From: Acetobacteraceae bacterium
GTDB lineage: Bacteria; Pseudomonadota; Alphaproteobacteria; Acetobacterales; Acetobacteraceae
Length of the DNA stretch: 64,000 nucleotides
Assembly: GCA_021732665.1 (NCBI GenBank)
Contig: JAKFUL010000006.1
Coordinates: forward strand, 37-64,036
Reading direction: 5' to 3'
Shown piece by piece: positions 43,880 to 53,604 of the stretch. Both the position numbers and the translations under genes were made by a program. The notes below the pieces were generated by a model that did not search any database, had not been told where the DNA came from, and worked only from the letters and a program-made list of their open reading frames with translations. Every line of letters starts with the position of its first letter. Position 1 is the first letter of the stretch.

Positions 43880-45452
43880 GGAGGAAGGCCGCTTGCATCA
43901 AGGCCTTCGTATAGGGCTGCTTTGGCAGTTCTGTCAGCGCCTCCGCGTCACCTTCCTCGACGATCACGCCGTCCTTCATCACGGCGATGCGGTGCGCCAT
44001 GGCGCGGACCACGCGCAGATCATGGCTGACGAAGAGATAGGCCAGGCCGTGGCGGGCCTGGAGGCCGCGCAGAAGATCGACCACCTGGGCCTGGACGGAG
44101 ACGTCGAGCGCCGAGGTGGGTTCGTCCAGCACGAGCAGCCGGGGTTGCAGGACGAGGGCGCGGGCGATGGCGATGCGCTGGCGCTGCCCGCCGGAGAATT
44201 CATGCGGGTAGCGCGGCATCATCTCGGGCGAGAGGCCGACTTCGGTCAGAGCGATGGCCACGCGGGCATCGCGGGCCGTGGCGGAGAGGGAGGGTTCATG
44301 CACCGCCAGCCCCTCGCCCACAATATCGCCCGCGGTCATGCGCGGGGAGAGGCTGCCATAGGGGTCCTGGAAGACGATCTGCATGGCCGCGCGCAGGGGG
44401 CGCAATTCGCCGCGCGACATCGCCTCGATATTGCGTCCGGCGAGGAGGATGGCGCCCTGGCTTGGCACCAGCCGCAACAGGGCAAGCCCCAGCGTGGTCT
44501 TGCCCGAGCCGCTTTCGCCGACGATGCCCAGCGTTTCGCCGGCGCGCAGGCTCAGGCTCACGCCATCCACGGCGCGCACGCGCGACACCTCGCGCCGCAG
44601 CAGGCCGCGGCGGATGGGGAAATGCACCTTGATGTCGCGCGCTTCCAGCACAGTCGCGGCGTCCGGCGCCACGGGTGCGGGCCGGCCGGAGGGCTCGGTG
44701 GCGATGAGCATGCGGGTATAGGCGTAGGCGGGGGTGGAGAAGACGTCGCTCACCCTGCCCTGTTCCACCACGCGGCCATCCTTCATCACCACCACGCGGT
44801 CGGCATGGCGCTTCACGATCGCCAGGTCATGGGTGATCAGCAGCATGGCCATGTTCAGGCGGGTCTTGAGTTCCGCCAGCAGGGCCAGGATCTGCGCCTG
44901 TATCGTGACGTCGAGCGCCGTGGTGGGTTCGTCGGCGATCAGCAGTCTGGGGTTGTTGGCCAGCGCTGCCGCGATCATCACCCGCTGGCGCTGGCCGCCC
45001 GAGAGTTCGTGCGGGAAGGCGCCCAGGCGGTCCTTCATCTGCGGCAGGCCGGCGCGGGTCAGGGCTGCGGCCACCTCCTCGCGCAGCGCAGCGCCGGAGA
45101 GGTCGCGGTGGAGCGTGATCGCCTCGGAAACCTGGCGACCGATGCTGTGCAAGGGGTTGAGCGAGGTCATCGGCTCCTGAAAGACCATGCCGGCCACACC
45201 GCCGCGCAGCCGGCGCAGTTCGGAATCCGAGGCGGCCATGACGTCCTGGCCGTCCAGGATGACCCGGCCTTCCGGGTTGGTGCCGCCGGTGGCGAGCAGG
45301 CGCAGGCAGGACAGCGCGGTGACGGATTTGCCGCTGCCGGATTCGCCGACCAGGGCCACGACCTCGCCGGGTTCGACGGTGAAGGAGACGCCCTCAACCA
45401 CGCGCTTGCCGCGAAAGGCGACGGCGAGGTTTTCGACCGAGAGCAGGGTCAT
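43869..45452 (-). CDS. yejF: Peptide ABC transporter double ATPase
   Basis: Two Walker A motifs (GESGSGKS/T), LSGGQRQR and FSGGQRQR, DEPT. Confidence 0.88.
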   Translation of the reverse strand: MTLLSVENLAVAFRGKRVVEGVSFTVEPGEVVALVGESGSGKSVTALSCLRLLATGGTNPEGRVILDGQDVMAASDSELRRLRGGVAGMVFQEPMTSLNPLHSIGRQVSEAITLHRDLSGAALREEVAAALTRAGLPQMKDRLGAFPHELSGGQRQRVMIAAALANNPRLLIADEPTTALDVTIQAQILALLAELKTRLNMAMLLITHDLAIVKRHADRVVVMKDGRVVEQGRVSDVFSTPAYAYTRMLIATEPSGRPAPVAPDAATVLEARDIKVHFPIRRGLLRREVSRVRAVDGVSLSLRAGETLGIVGESGSGKTTLGLALLRLVPSQGAILLAGRNIEAMSRGELRPLRAAMQIVFQDPYGSLSPRMTAGDIVGEGLAVHEPSLSATARDARVAIALTEVGLSPEMMPRYPHEFSGGQRQRIAIARALVLQPRLLVLDEPTSALDVSVQAQVVDLLRGLQARHGLAYLFVSHDLRVVRAMAHRIAVMKDGVIVEEGDAEALTELPKQPYTKALMQAAFLHES

Positions 45453-46486
45453 GTGGCGCCCCCGGGCAGCTTGCGCGGGTCGAAGGCGTCGCGCACCGCC
45501 TCGCCGACGAAGATCAGAAGGGTCAGCACACCGCCCAATACCACGAAGCCGGTGAAGGCGAGCCAGGGGGCCTGCAGGTTGTTCTTGCCCTGGCTGAGCA
45601 ATTCACCGAGCGAGGGCGAGCCGGGCGGCAGGCCGAAGCCCAGGAAGTCGAGCGACGCCAGCACCGTAACCGATCCGGAGAGGGTAAACGGCAAAAAAGT
45701 CAGCGTGGCCACCATGGCGTTGGGCAGGATGTGGCGGAACATCAGCGCCGCGTCGGAGACGCCCAGCGCCCGGGCGGCGCGGACGTAGTCGAGGTTGCGG
45801 CCGCGGAGAAACTCGGCGCGGACGACGCCGGTCAGGCCCATCCAGGAAAACAGCAGCAGGAAGAACAGCAGGGTCCAGAAGCTCGGCTGGATGATGCTGG
45901 CCAGGATGATCAGCAGGAAAAGCTGCGGCATGCCCGACCAGATCTCGATGAAGCGCTGAAACAGCAAATCCGTCAGGCCGCCATAGAAACCCTGCACGGC
46001 GCCGGCGGCGATGCCGATGACGGAGGCGATGATGGTCAGCGTGAAGCCGAAGAGCACGGAGATGCGAAAGCCGTAGATGACGCGGGCGGCCACGTCGCGC
46101 GCCTGGTCATCCGTGCCCAGCCAGTTGCGGGCGCTGGGCGGCGCCGGCGCCGGCCGGCCCAGGTTTCGCACCACGGTGGAATGGGCGTAGCGGATGGGCG
46201 GCCAGATGGCCCAGCCGCGCTCGGCGATGGCTTTTTCCATCTCGGGGTCGTGCCAGTCGGCGTCGGTGGGCAGGCCGTCCTCGACCACGTCGGTTTCGGC
46301 GTAATCGATCAGGACGGGGACGAGCCAGCGGTCATCGACGCGGACCAGCAGGGGGCGGTCATTGGCGATGAATTCGGCGAAGAGGGTGACGAGGAAGAGT
46401 GCCAGGAAAATCCAGAAGGACCACCAGCCGCGCTTGTTCGCCCGGAAATTGCCGAGACGGCGGCGCGTGATCGGGCTGAGATTCAT
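45449..46486 (-). CDS. yejE: Peptide ABC permease
   Basis: FRANKRGWWS, LGTDDQARD, EAVRDAFDP. Confidence 0.88.
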   Translation of the reverse strand: MNLSPITRRRLGNFRANKRGWWSFWIFLALFLVTLFAEFIANDRPLLVRVDDRWLVPVLIDYAETDVVEDGLPTDADWHDPEMEKAIAERGWAIWPPIRYAHSTVVRNLGRPAPAPPSARNWLGTDDQARDVAARVIYGFRISVLFGFTLTIIASVIGIAAGAVQGFYGGLTDLLFQRFIEIWSGMPQLFLLIILASIIQPSFWTLLFFLLLFSWMGLTGVVRAEFLRGRNLDYVRAARALGVSDAALMFRHILPNAMVATLTFLPFTLSGSVTVLASLDFLGFGLPPGSPSLGELLSQGKNNLQAPWLAFTGFVVLGGVLTLLIFVGEAVRDAFDPRKLPGGAT

Positions 46487-47211
46487 GCCGCCTGGAGGGT
46501 GAAGCGCAGGGTTTTGCGTGGCAGGTCGGGCCAGGCCCGGCGCATCGCCGCCTCGCTGGCGAAGGGGGCGGGGATGTGCAGCGCCTCGGTGGAGAGTTCG
46601 AGTTCAGGGGCGTCGAAGGGCCAGGGGGTGACGCGGGCGGTGAAGGGGGCGGTGCGGATGAGGGTGCTGGCGCCGGCGGGGAAATCGGTCTGGCCCCAGC
46701 AGAGCGAGAGGGCGATGCTGTCGACCATCGCCAGTTGTTTCGACAACAGCGCGACCTGCGTTTCCGTCATCCCCAGTCGGGCCATGATGGCGGCGCCGCG
46801 CTCGCGTTCGCGCTCCATGTAGCTTTCCATGGCGGCCAGGCTGGCGGCGCCGGGCGCCATGCGGTTACCCAATATGCCCAGGCGGTAGATGTGGCTGCCA
46901 TGGCGCATCACCAGCAGGCCCACGAGCAACCCGAAATTGGCCAGCGCCATCTCCACGCCGCGCTCCCACAGGGCCACGTGCTCGTCGCCGGAAAGGGCGT
47001 TGAACAGGCGTGGCAGGCCTGTGGCCGGATCGAATTCCGGCGCCATTTCCCAGGGCAGCCAGGGGCAGTCATGCTCGATGGCGGCGGTGACGGCGGGCTC
47101 GAACGGCTCGGGTTTTTCGGCGAGGCGGCGCATCAGCTGGCCGGCGATGATGGCATGCGCGGGCTGCGGGGTGGCCAGGACGGAGCCATCGGGTTGCGGC
47201 CAGAGAATCAT
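46483..47211 (-). CDS. DUF3891-like protein
   Basis: [31 protein letters not shown]; 4-nt overlaps on both sides. Confidence 0.7.
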   Translation of the reverse strand: MILWPQPDGSVLATPQPAHAIIAGQLMRRLAEKPEPFEPAVTAAIEHDCPWLPWEMAPEFDPATGLPRLFNALSGDEHVALWERGVEMALANFGLLVGLLVMRHGSHIYRLGILGNRMAPGAASLAAMESYMERERERGAAIMARLGMTETQVALLSKQLAMVDSIALSLCWGQTDFPAGASTLIRTAPFTARVTPWPFDAPELELSTEALHIPAPFASEAAMRRAWPDLPRKTLRFTLQAA

Positions 47212-48305
47212 CGCCTTGCCTCGAAATCAATGCGGGGATCGACCAGGGTGTAACAGAAATCCGAGACGATCTGCATCACCAGCCCCAGCAGGGTGAAAAA
47301 GTAGAGCGTGCCGAACATCACGGGGTAGTCGCGGCGGATCGCCGCCTCGAAGCCCAGCAGGCCAAGGCCGTCGAGCGAGAAAATGATCTCCACCAGCAGC
47401 GCTCCGGTGAAGAGGATGCCGATGAAGGCGGAGGGGAAGCCGGCGATGATCAGCAGCATGGCATTCCGAAAAACGTGGCCATAGAGCACGCGGCTCTCCC
47501 CTGCCCCCTTGGCCCGCGCCGTCAGCACGTATTGCTTGCCGATCTCATCGAGGAAGGCGTTCTTGGTCAGCATGGTCAGCCCGGCAAAGCCGCCGATCAC
47601 CAGCGTGATGGTGGGCAGCACCATGTGCCAGGCGTAGTCGGCAACACGGTCCCAGAAGGGCCAGCTTTCGCTGCCGGAGCTGACCAGGCCGCGCAGCGGG
47701 AACCACTGCAAAAAAGTGCCGCCGGCAAAGAGCACGACCAGCATCACCGCGAAGAGAAACCCCGGGATCGCATAGCCCACCAGCACGGCGGCCGAGGTCC
47801 AGACATCGAAGCGGCTGCCGTCGCGCACCGCCTTGCGGATGCCGAGCGGGATGGAGATGAGATAGATGATCAGCGTGGACCAGAGGCCGAGCGAGATGGA
47901 GATGGGCATTTTCTGCACCACCAGATCCCAGACCGGCTGGTCGCGGAACAGGGATCGGCCGAGGTCGAAGCGCAGATAGCCGCTGAGCATGTCCCAGAAA
48001 CGTTCCAGCGGCGGCTTGTCGAAGCCGAAGGCGCGTTCGATTTCGCGCACCACCGCGGGGTCCAGGCCGCGCGCGCCGCGATAGGTGGAGCCGCCCTCGG
48101 CGCCGCCCTGGCTGACGGGGGCGCGGGTTTCGCCGCCGCCCTCGCCGGTGATGCGACCGAGCGTGGCGCCCTCCCCGCGCAGCTCGGCCAGGGCCTGCTC
48201 CACCGGGCCGCCCGGGGCGAACTGCACCACGGCGAAGTTGATGGCGATGATGCCGAACAGCGTGGGGATCACCAGCAAGAGCCGGCGGAACAGGTAACCA
48301 GTCAC
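47208..48305 (-). CDS. yejB: Peptide ABC permease
   Basis: [32 protein letters not shown]. Confidence 0.9.
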   Translation of the reverse strand: MTGYLFRRLLLVIPTLFGIIAINFAVVQFAPGGPVEQALAELRGEGATLGRITGEGGGETRAPVSQGGAEGGSTYRGARGLDPAVVREIERAFGFDKPPLERFWDMLSGYLRFDLGRSLFRDQPVWDLVVQKMPISISLGLWSTLIIYLISIPLGIRKAVRDGSRFDVWTSAAVLVGYAIPGFLFAVMLVVLFAGGTFLQWFPLRGLVSSGSESWPFWDRVADYAWHMVLPTITLVIGGFAGLTMLTKNAFLDEIGKQYVLTARAKGAGESRVLYGHVFRNAMLLIIAGFPSAFIGILFTGALLVEIIFSLDGLGLLGFEAAIRRDYPVMFGTLYFFTLLGLVMQIVSDFCYTLVDPRIDFEARR

Positions 48306-50128
48306 AGGCTTCTTCGCGCTTCCGCCAGGGCACGTTCGCGCGTGGCGTCCACCCACCAGCTGGTCGGGAAGCCCAGGCCGTAGCGCGGGTTGCGCTCGGG
48401 CCGGCCGAACTTGTCCCAGAAGGCGAGGAGGAAGCTGCGGGTGTGCCAGTTCGGAATGACGAAATGCTGCCAGAGCAGCACCCGGTCCATCGCGCGGGTG
48501 CGGGCGACCAGCTCCTCGCGGCTCGGCGCCGTGATGATCTGCTCGACCAGGGCATCGATCACGGGGTGGCAGATGCCGGGGATGTTCTGGCTGCCGTTTT
48601 CCTGGACCTTGGCGCAGGTGAAATAGTCGCGCTGTTCATTGCCGGGGGAGAGGCTCTGGCCCATCACGTCCACGGTCATGTCGAAATCGAAATTGTCCAT
48701 CCGCACCTGGTACTGCGCGGGGTCGACGGTGCGGACGCTGGCCTCTATCCCCAGGCGTTGCAGCCATTGCACGAAGGGCAGCGCCACGCGTTCGAAGCTG
48801 GGGGAGCTGAGCAGGATTTCGAAGCGGAAGGGGGCGCCTTGGGCGTTCACCAGGCGGCGTTCGCGGTTCACTGTCCAGCCGGCGGTGCGCAGCAGTTCGA
48901 GCGCGCGGCGCAACCCGTCGCGGTTGTTGCCGCTGCCATCGGTGACGGGCAGGCGGAATTCCTGGGTGAAGACGGCCTCGGGCAGTTGGGCGCGGAAGGG
49001 TTGCAGGATTTCGAGTTCCCGGCCGGTGGGCAGGCCGGTGCTGGCGAGTTCGGAATTGGAGAAGAAGCTGGTGGTGCGGGCGTAGGTGCCGAAGAAGAGG
49101 TTGGCGTTCATCCATTCGAAGTCGAAGACCTGGATCAACGCCTCGCGCACCCGGCTGTCCTGGAAGAGGGGGCGGCGGGCGTTCATGGCGAAGGCCTGCA
49201 TGCCGGTCGGGATTTCGTGGCGGATGGTGTCGCGGACAACCAGGCCGCGGCGCACGGCCGGGAAGTCGTAGCCGGTGGCCCAGTCGCGGGCGATGTTCTC
49301 GGTGCGGAAATCGATCTGTCCTGCCTTGAAGGCTTCGAAGGCCACGGTTGAATCGCGGAAATACTCATAACGCAATCGGTCGAAATTGTACTGGCCACGC
49401 CGGGTGTTCAGGTCGCGCGCCCAGTAATTGTCCACGCGGGCATAGGTCAGGCCGCGGCCGCTCTCGAAGCGCTCCAGGCGGTAGGGGCCGGAGCCGAGGG
49501 GGATGTCCTGCATCGGGCGGGAGAAGTCGCGGCCCTCCCAGAAATGCTTCGGCAGCACCTGCATCTGGCCGAGAATCAACGCCAATTCGCGGTTCTCATT
49601 GGTGGAGAAGCGGAAGATGATGCGGCGCTCGCCCTCGGCGGTGACGCTGGCCACGTCGCCCCAATAGGCGCGGTAGAAGGGGCGGCCCTGGGCGCGCAGC
49701 GTCTCGAAGGTCCAGACCACGTCGGCGGCGGTGATGGCGCGGCCGTCATGCCAGCGGGCGGCCGGGTTCAGTTCGAAAGTGACGCCCATGCCGTCGGCCG
49801 GCAATTCAATCCATTCGGCGAGATGGGCGTATTCGGTGCTGGCCTCGTCAGCGCTTTCCTGCAGCAGGCTGTCATAGATATTGGCCATGCCGATGGCCGG
49901 GGTGCCGCGCAGGATGAAGGGGTTGAAGCTGTCGAAGCTGCCGAGCGCGGTCAGCACCACCTCGCCGCCCTTGGGGGCTGCGGGGTTCACCCAGGGGAAA
50001 TGCGGAAAACCGGCGGGCAGCGCCGGGTCGCCCAGCAGGGACAGGGCGTGCAGGCGGCGTGGCGCGGGTTGCGCCAGGGCGGGGGCGGCGAGGGCGAATG
50101 GCGTGGCGAGGAGGGGACGGCGCTGCAT
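48302..50128 (-). CDS. yejA: Peptide ABC solute-binding protein
   Basis: [39 protein letters not shown]. Confidence 0.9.
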   Translation of the reverse strand: MQRRPLLATPFALAAPALAQPAPRRLHALSLLGDPALPAGFPHFPWVNPAAPKGGEVVLTALGSFDSFNPFILRGTPAIGMANIYDSLLQESADEASTEYAHLAEWIELPADGMGVTFELNPAARWHDGRAITAADVVWTFETLRAQGRPFYRAYWGDVASVTAEGERRIIFRFSTNENRELALILGQMQVLPKHFWEGRDFSRPMQDIPLGSGPYRLERFESGRGLTYARVDNYWARDLNTRRGQYNFDRLRYEYFRDSTVAFEAFKAGQIDFRTENIARDWATGYDFPAVRRGLVVRDTIRHEIPTGMQAFAMNARRPLFQDSRVREALIQVFDFEWMNANLFFGTYARTTSFFSNSELASTGLPTGRELEILQPFRAQLPEAVFTQEFRLPVTDGSGNNRDGLRRALELLRTAGWTVNRERRLVNAQGAPFRFEILLSSPSFERVALPFVQWLQRLGIEASVRTVDPAQYQVRMDNFDFDMTVDVMGQSLSPGNEQRDYFTCAKVQENGSQNIPGICHPVIDALVEQIITAPSREELVARTRAMDRVLLWQHFVIPNWHTRSFLLAFWDKFGRPERNPRYGLGFPTSWWVDATRERALAEARRSL

Positions 50129-50170
50129 GAAGCGCAAGGTGGCGCGCCGCTCCCGCCATGACAACCGCAA

Positions 50171-51433
50171 TCAGGCCACCAGCGCGCCGTAGAGCAGGTT
50201 CTTGAACAGCATCCGGCTGTGCACCCGGGTGGAAGGCCCGTTCGACATCAGCAGGCCGACCACTCCCGTCTCCGGGTCGATGGTGAAGCTGGTGCCCCAG
50301 GCGCCGGCCCACATCGCATCGCCTACCGAACCGGCGGTGAAGCCCATCCCTTCCTGACGCCGAACCGCGAAGCCCAGCCCCATGCCATAGCCCGGGCCGG
50401 TGCTGGCGAAGGTGGTGCCGGCCATGCCCAGCGTGTGGTCGCTGAGCATGAAGCGCACCGTGGCGGGCGAGAGGATGCGGTTGCCATTGCCCACGCCGCC
50501 ATGGCCGATCATCTCGGCGAATTTCAGCCAGTCCCGCGTGGTGCCGGCCAGGCCGCCGCCGCCGCGGAAATAGGACACATCGCCCGGGTCCTGCTCGATG
50601 CGGTAGCTGGCCCACATGCCGGCCACCAGCGGATCGGTCGGCAGGCCCATGGCCAGGCGGGGCAGGCGGTCGGGCGTCACGAACCAGGCGGTCTCCGCCA
50701 TGCCCAGCGGGTCGAAGATGCGCTCTTTCAGCAGCGCATCCAGCCTTTTGCCGGCCACGCGCTGGCACAGCACGCCCAGCACATCGATGCAGATGGAGTA
50801 GTGGAAGGTGGTGCCGGGCTGGTGGCCGAGCGGGATGGTGGCGAGGCGGCGAAGGAATTCATCGGTGGTGATCGGCCCGCGGCGCTGCTCGATATCGGCT
50901 TCCTCATACATCCGCGACAGGCGCGGGCTGGGGGCGGCGGGGCCGGAATAGAAGAAGCCGGCGGTGTGGCGCAGCAGGTCCTGCACGGTGGGCGGGCTGG
51001 TGGGCGCCACATCCTCGGCCGGCTGGCCGGGGGTGCGGCGTTCCACCTTGAGGTCGCGCAGCTCCGGCAGATGCCGGCCAATGGGATCGCGCAGCGAGAT
51101 CAGGCCCTCTTCGACCAGCGCCATGGCCAGGGCGGCGATGATGGGCTTGGTCATGCTGGCCAGCATGAAGATGGAGTTTTCGGCCATCGGTCGCCGCCGC
51201 TCGGGGTCGAGATGGCCATGCGCCGCCAGGTGCACGAGCTGACCATGGCGGGAAATGCAGGTGACGCAGCCGGCAAAGGTCTGGCGCTCGATCTCCCTGC
51301 CCATGGCAGGCGCGATGCGGGCGAGGCGGGCCGGGGAGAAGCCCTGGACGAGGGTCTCGCGCTCGGGTGTTGCGGCCATGGCGGGGAAGGCCAGCAGCGC
51401 GGGCGCGGCCAGCAGGGTTTGGCGACGAAGCAT
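50171..51433 (-). CDS. Beta-lactamase-family serine hydrolase
   Basis: SMTK (SxxK), LLRHTAG, FHYS, WAGAWGT. Confidence 0.88.
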   Translation of the reverse strand: MLRRQTLLAAPALLAFPAMAATPERETLVQGFSPARLARIAPAMGREIERQTFAGCVTCISRHGQLVHLAAHGHLDPERRRPMAENSIFMLASMTKPIIAALAMALVEEGLISLRDPIGRHLPELRDLKVERRTPGQPAEDVAPTSPPTVQDLLRHTAGFFYSGPAAPSPRLSRMYEEADIEQRRGPITTDEFLRRLATIPLGHQPGTTFHYSICIDVLGVLCQRVAGKRLDALLKERIFDPLGMAETAWFVTPDRLPRLAMGLPTDPLVAGMWASYRIEQDPGDVSYFRGGGGLAGTTRDWLKFAEMIGHGGVGNGNRILSPATVRFMLSDHTLGMAGTTFASTGPGYGMGLGFAVRRQEGMGFTAGSVGDAMWAGAWGTSFTIDPETGVVGLLMSNGPSTRVHSRMLFKNLLYGALVA

Positions 51434-51568
51434 TTGGCGGGTTCCTCCGGTATTTCCGCCAGCATGCGACGTTCCCGCCGGGCTGGCCAGACTTGCCTTT
51501 TCCGACGCGCGGCTTGTGCCGGGTGGACAGCGCATGACAAGCTCCTGGCACGCTGGAGGGTCCTGCCC

Positions 51569-51988
51569 ATGCTCCGCCTTGCCCTGCTGGGTTTCGTCGC
51601 CGGCTTCCTGGCCACCATCACCTTCCACCAGGCGGCGATCTGGCTGGTGCTGCGGGTGCTGCCCTTCCCCTTCTCGCCCTGGAACATGGCGCTGAATGAT
51701 TACGGGCTGCCGCGGGTGGTGGCGCTTTCGGTCTGGGCCGGGGTCTGGGGCATTGGGCTATGCCTGCTGCTCCGGCGCGGGGCCTTGTGGCAGGCGGCGG
51801 TGCTGGGCTCGGTCGTGCCCTCGGTCTGGGGCTGGACGGTGATCGCGGGGATGCGCGGCGCGCCCATGTTCGCCAATGGAAATCTGCGGCTGATCCTGCT
51901 GGTGCTGTTCGTCAACGCGGTGTGGGGGGCGGCGACCTTGTGGCTGTTCCGGCGGATGCAGGGGCAAACGGCTCAGCCGGCGATGTGA
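51569..51988 (+). CDS. Hypothetical 4-TM membrane protein
   Basis: MLRLALLGFVAGFLATITFHQ..., GGAGG RBS; 3' part of ORF 50219..51988. Confidence 0.75.
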   Translation: MLRLALLGFVAGFLATITFHQAAIWLVLRVLPFPFSPWNMALNDYGLPRVVALSVWAGVWGIGLCLLLRRGALWQAAVLGSVVPSVWGWTVIAGMRGAPMFANGNLRLILLVLFVNAVWGAATLWLFRRMQGQTAQPAM

Positions 51989-52470
51989 CGGCGCGCCCAG
52001 GCGTGCAGAATGGCCTCGGCCTCGGGCGAGGGATGCGCCTCGGCGCGGATGACACCCTGGCCGATGGGGCGGCCGGCCTCGGCGCGCAGGGCCGCCACAT
52101 CGCCGCGGGCACGGAGCGGCTCGGGCACCACGGCCAGGATGGCGTTGGAGCCTTCCAGGGAGCCGGCGAAATACACCGTCTCGATCCCGACGATGGCCAT
52201 GGTGGCGACGCAGAGCGCGCAGGGCTCGCAGGAGGAATAGAGTGTGGCCCCCGGCAGCGCCGTGCATTGCAGGCGGCGGCAGGCGTCGCGGATGGCCTCG
52301 GTTTCGCCATGCGAGGTCGGGTCGAAATGTTTCCGCGAATGGTTGGCGCCCTGCCCTATCACCTGGCCTTCGCGCACCACCACGGCGCCGAAGGGCTCCA
52401 GCCCGGGCTCCTCCAGCGCCCGGGCTGATTGGGCGATGGCCTGGGCCATGAAGCGCGGGTCGTAGGTCAC
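51973..52470 (-). CDS. Nucleoside/guanine deaminase (CDA fold)
   Basis: PFGAVVV, HGETEAIR, SCEPCALC. Confidence 0.88.
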   Translation of the reverse strand: MTYDPRFMAQAIAQSARALEEPGLEPFGAVVVREGQVIGQGANHSRKHFDPTSHGETEAIRDACRRLQCTALPGATLYSSCEPCALCVATMAIVGIETVYFAGSLEGSNAILAVVPEPLRARGDVAALRAEAGRPIGQGVIRAEAHPSPEAEAILHAWARRHIAG

Positions 52471-53480
52471 GCCAGCGCGGCCTCGATCCGCAAAGCGGTG
52501 GCGAGGGCGGCGCGGGCGATGGTGGCGTTGGCCTCGACGGGCGCCGCGTGCTGGATGGAGGCGATGAAGGCGCGGAGCTCGGCCTCCAGGCTGTCATGCT
52601 CGGTCCAGCTCGCCTCGTCGCGGCCCCAGCCCGGCATGTTCTCGTCAGGGGCGGCGCCGGAGGCCGCGTTCGCTCCGCGAGCGCGCGACGATGGCTCCGC
52701 CATCGCGCTGGCGTCCGGGGCCGCGTTCGCTCCGCGAGCCGCGTCCGGGCGAAACGCGCGCAATTCTCGGGCCAGGAAATCCACCCGGATTTCGCCCTGG
52801 TCGCCGAGCAGGCGGAGTTTGCGCTCCATGGCCACGGCCACGCGGCTGGCGGTGATCTGCGCCTGGGCGCCGTTTTCGAAGCGCAGCTGCGCCACCACGT
52901 AATCGGGCAGGCCGCTGGCCACGCGGGCGCCGACGGCGCGCACCTCGGCCAATGGGGCATCGACCAGGGAAAGGACGAGGTCGATGTCGTGGATCATCAA
53001 ATCCAGCACCACCGAGATGTCCAGGCTGCGCGGGCGGAAGGGGGCGACGCGCGTGGCCTCCAGCGCGCGGGGGACGAAGGCCCCGATCTCCCGCCGGAGC
53101 GTCAGGATGGCGGCCGAATACCGCTCGATATGGCCGACCTGGAGGACGAGACCCTGGGGCTGCGCGAGCGCGATCAGCGCGTCCGCCTCGGCCAGCGTGG
53201 CGGCGATGGGTTTTTCGATGAAGACATGCCGCCCGGCGCGCAATACCTGCACGGCCACCGCGAAATGATGCGCGGTGGGCGTGGCCACCACCACCGCGTC
53301 GCAAAGCTCGATCAGCCGGGCGTGGTCCAGCACCGCCACGCCGCATTCATCGGCGACCAGCGCCGCCCGTTGCGGCTGCGCGTCCGAAACCCCCGCCAGA
53401 AGCCCGAATTTGGCCAGTTTCAGCGCGTGGAACCGGCCAAAATGGCCCGCGCCCACCACACCTATTCGCAAGGCTTGCAT
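52467..53480 (-). CDS. Gfo/Idh/MocA oxidoreductase (GnnA-like)
   Basis: GAGHFG, IEKP, VGHIERY, DLMIHDID, ASRV. Confidence 0.85.
   Translation of the reverse strand: MQALRIGVVGAGHFGRFHALKLAKFGLLAGVSDAQPQRAALVADECGVAVLDHARLIELCDAVVVATPTAHHFAVAVQVLRAGRHVFIEKPIAATLAEADALIALAQPQGLVLQVGHIERYSAAILTLRREIGAFVPRALEATRVAPFRPRSLDISVVLDLMIHDIDLVLSLVDAPLAEVRAVGARVASGLPDYVVAQLRFENGAQAQITASRVAVAMERKLRLLGDQGEIRVDFLARELRAFRPDAARGANAAPDASAMAEPSSRARGANAASGAAPDENMPGWGRDEASWTEHDSLEAELRAFIASIQHAAPVEANATIARAALATALRIEAALA
52662..52749. repeat. Intragenic repeat: 21-bp direct repeat flanking a hairpin
   Basis: GGCCGCGTTCGCTCCGCGAGC at 52662 and 52719; CGATGGC-TCC-GCCATCG between them. Confidence 0.8.
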
Positions 53481-53604
53481 CCCCCGCCCCCTCGACGCAT
53501 CTTCCGCCCGCTTCGGGCACCCTGTGGTTCCCGTCAACCCACCATGGCGCGGTCGTGAGACCTGGGCCATCTCCTCTCACTCGCGGATCGGTCATCGCCC
53601 TGCC

